Below are positions 62,888 through 64,000 of a stretch of 64,000 bases of DNA, in pieces. The translations under genes and the position numbers were made by a program. The notes under the pieces were generated by a model. It worked only from the letters and a program-made list of their open reading frames with translations, was not told the DNA's origin and did not search any database. Every line of letters begins with the position of its first letter. Positions within the stretch are counted from its first letter, which is position 1. Source of the stretch: Rikenellaceae bacterium DTU002 (GTDB taxonomy: Bacteria; Bacteroidota; Bacteroidia; Bacteroidales; UBA932); NCBI GenBank assembly GCA_001512865.1, contig LFSY01000101.1:26486-90485 (forward strand), written 5' to 3'.

Positions 62888-64000
62888 TTATCTGGAATAA
62901 TTGGGAGCTTCCCGCGTTATGGTTACGTCGTGAGGATGGTTCTCAATCACCCCTGCCGAAGTGATACGAACAAATTCAGCCATTTTCAGAGAAGCCAGGT
63001 CCGGAGTGCCGCAATATCCCATACCGGCACGAAGTCCTCCGGCCAGCTGGTAAAACACTTCACCCAGGGTGCCCTTGTAAGGCACCTGTGCTACGATCCC
63101 TTCCGGAACCAGTTTCCTGACATCTTCTTCGGCATCCTGGAAATATCGGTCTTTGGAACCCTGCTGCATGGCCTCCAGAGAACCCATACCCCGGTAACTT
63201 TTAAATTTCCGGCCGTTCAGGATGATCGTTTCTCCGGGAGATTCCTCTACTCCGGCAAACAGCGATCCCGCCATGACCGTATCCGCTCCGGCTGCCAGCG
63301 CTTTTACCATGTCTCCGGAATACCTGATTCCGCCGTCTGCAATAATGGGGATCCCCTTGTCCTTTAATACGCTGTATGCCTGCATGATGGCTGATAACTG
63401 TGGAACTCCTACTCCCGCAACCACCCGTGTAGTGCAGATGGATCCGGGCCCTATGCCTACCTTAACAGCGTCGGCTCCGCTTTCTGCAAGGGCAATGGCT
63501 CCCGAGGCCGTAGCCACGTTCCCTGCCACGATATCCAGGTGGGGAAAGGCTTTCCTGGCCTTGCGCACCGTTTCCAGAACTCCGGCAGAGTGACCGTGTG
63601 CGGTATCGATCACCACCGCATCGATGTCAACAGACAACAGCTTCTCAATTTTTTCCAGGGTATCGGCCTTGACTCCTACGGCTGCGGCGGTGCGCAGTCT
63701 GCCCTTGCTGTCCTTGCTGGCTTTGGGATTGTCTTTTATCTTGGTTATGTCCTTGAAAGTCAAAAGTCCGATAAGTTTAAAATGTTTGTCGACCACCGGC
63801 AGTTTTTCGATCTTGTAAATTTTCAGAAGGTTGGTGGCGCTTCCCAGGTCGGCCCCGTCGTGTATGGTGATCAGGTTTTCTTTGGTCATCACCTCCGATA
63901 TGGGCGTTCCGGGATTTTCTACAAAACGAAGATCCCGGTTGGTAACGATACCAATGAGCCGGTGTTTTTTATCAATGACGGGAATACCTCCAATATGGTT
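62888..64000 (-). CDS. guaB: IMP dehydrogenase, C-terminal ~370 codons (5' end lies outside the window)
   Basis: The frame stays open to position 64000 ([26 protein letters not shown]... is the CBS region). Catalytic loop [14 protein letters not shown]-terminus ...[14 protein letters not shown]. Confidence 0.96.
   Translation of the reverse strand, partial: NHIGGIPVIDKKHRLIGIVTNRDLRFVENPGTPISEVMTKENLITIHDGADLGSATNLLKIYKIEKLPVVDKHFKLIGLLTFKDITKIKDNPKASKDSKGRLRTAAAVGVKADTLEKIEKLLSVDIDAVVIDTAHGHSAGVLETVRKARKAFPHLDIVAGNVATASGAIALAESGADAVKVGIGPGSICTTRVVAGVGVPQLSAIMQAYSVLKDKGIPIIADGGIRYSGDMVKALAAGADTVMAGSLFAGVEESPGETIILNGRKFKSYRGMGSLEAMQQGSKDRYFQDAEEDVRKLVPEGIVAQVPYKGTLGEVFYQLAGGLRAGMGYCGTPDLASLKMAEFVRITSAGVIENHPHDVTITREAPNYSR

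Noticed and set aside
1-64000. Search for CRISPR arrays, tRNA/rRNA genes, transposases or integrases, prophage genes, toxin-antitoxin pairs and defence-island genes.
   Set aside because: I saw no direct-repeat arrays, no cloverleaf-like segments in the short intergenic regions, and no ORF with recombinase, nuclease or defence motifs. Nearly every ORF is an identifiable housekeeping or envelope gene. This was a visual scan only, so short or degenerate elements could be missed.

Overview
This is a gene-dense, mostly housekeeping chromosomal segment. It probably comes from a Bacteroidota (likely Bacteroidales) genome. Three things suggest that: repeated TAnnTTTG '-7' promoter boxes, few Shine-Dalgarno sites, and the gene content (a TonB-dependent receptor with a DUF4249-like partner, RseC-Rnf, and OstA/SurA/guaB).

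Contents in order:
- 1-9.5 kb: distal spc/alpha ribosomal-protein cluster (rplN' to rplQ, including secY, map, infA, rpmJ and rpoA).
- 9.5-25.5 kb: tgt, an LptF/G permease, a threonine-dehydrogenase-like SDR, a CaCA antiporter, a CNT nucleoside transporter, GSCFA, HU, the TonB receptor pair, and a minus-strand alaS-lptF/G-fmt-thiamine diphosphokinase operon.
- 25.5-38.6 kb: one tightly packed plus-strand string of two M23 peptidases, MerR, Nif3, a zinc-ribbon protein, an aminotransferase, dnaB, a DUF3108-like protein, RseC, rnfBCDGEA and a TPR microprotein.
- 38.6-47.7 kb: a PBP5-type carboxypeptidase, GH2, cyclophilin, dut, murF, GT2 and a U32 peptidase.
- 47.6-51.6 kb: a minus-strand three-transporter operon (POT, EamA, SBP-permease fusion).
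- 51.6-64 kb: an LpxL-like acyltransferase, pepD, rpsF-rpsR-rplI, glyA, and a minus-strand guaB'-chaperone-SurA-OstA operon.

I found no tRNA or rRNA genes, CRISPR array, transposase or integrase, prophage, or recognisable defence or toxin-antitoxin module. I do not see a convincing novel multi-gene system here.

The most unusual item is a 495-aa protein at 47620-49107. Its amino-acid-binding domain appears circularly permuted and is fused to an ABC permease, and no ATPase gene lies nearby.

Four other observations may be worth following up:
- Many start codons lie 4-7 nt from a -7 box, which implies leaderless mRNAs. Two divergent intergenic regions of only 35-38 bp are included.
- Five of seven convergent gene junctions overlap.
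- Strong SD motifs occur only at a few internal cistrons.
- Several proteins of unknown function are translationally coupled to known genes.

All calls come from reading the translations and the DNA by eye. No database search or computation was run.
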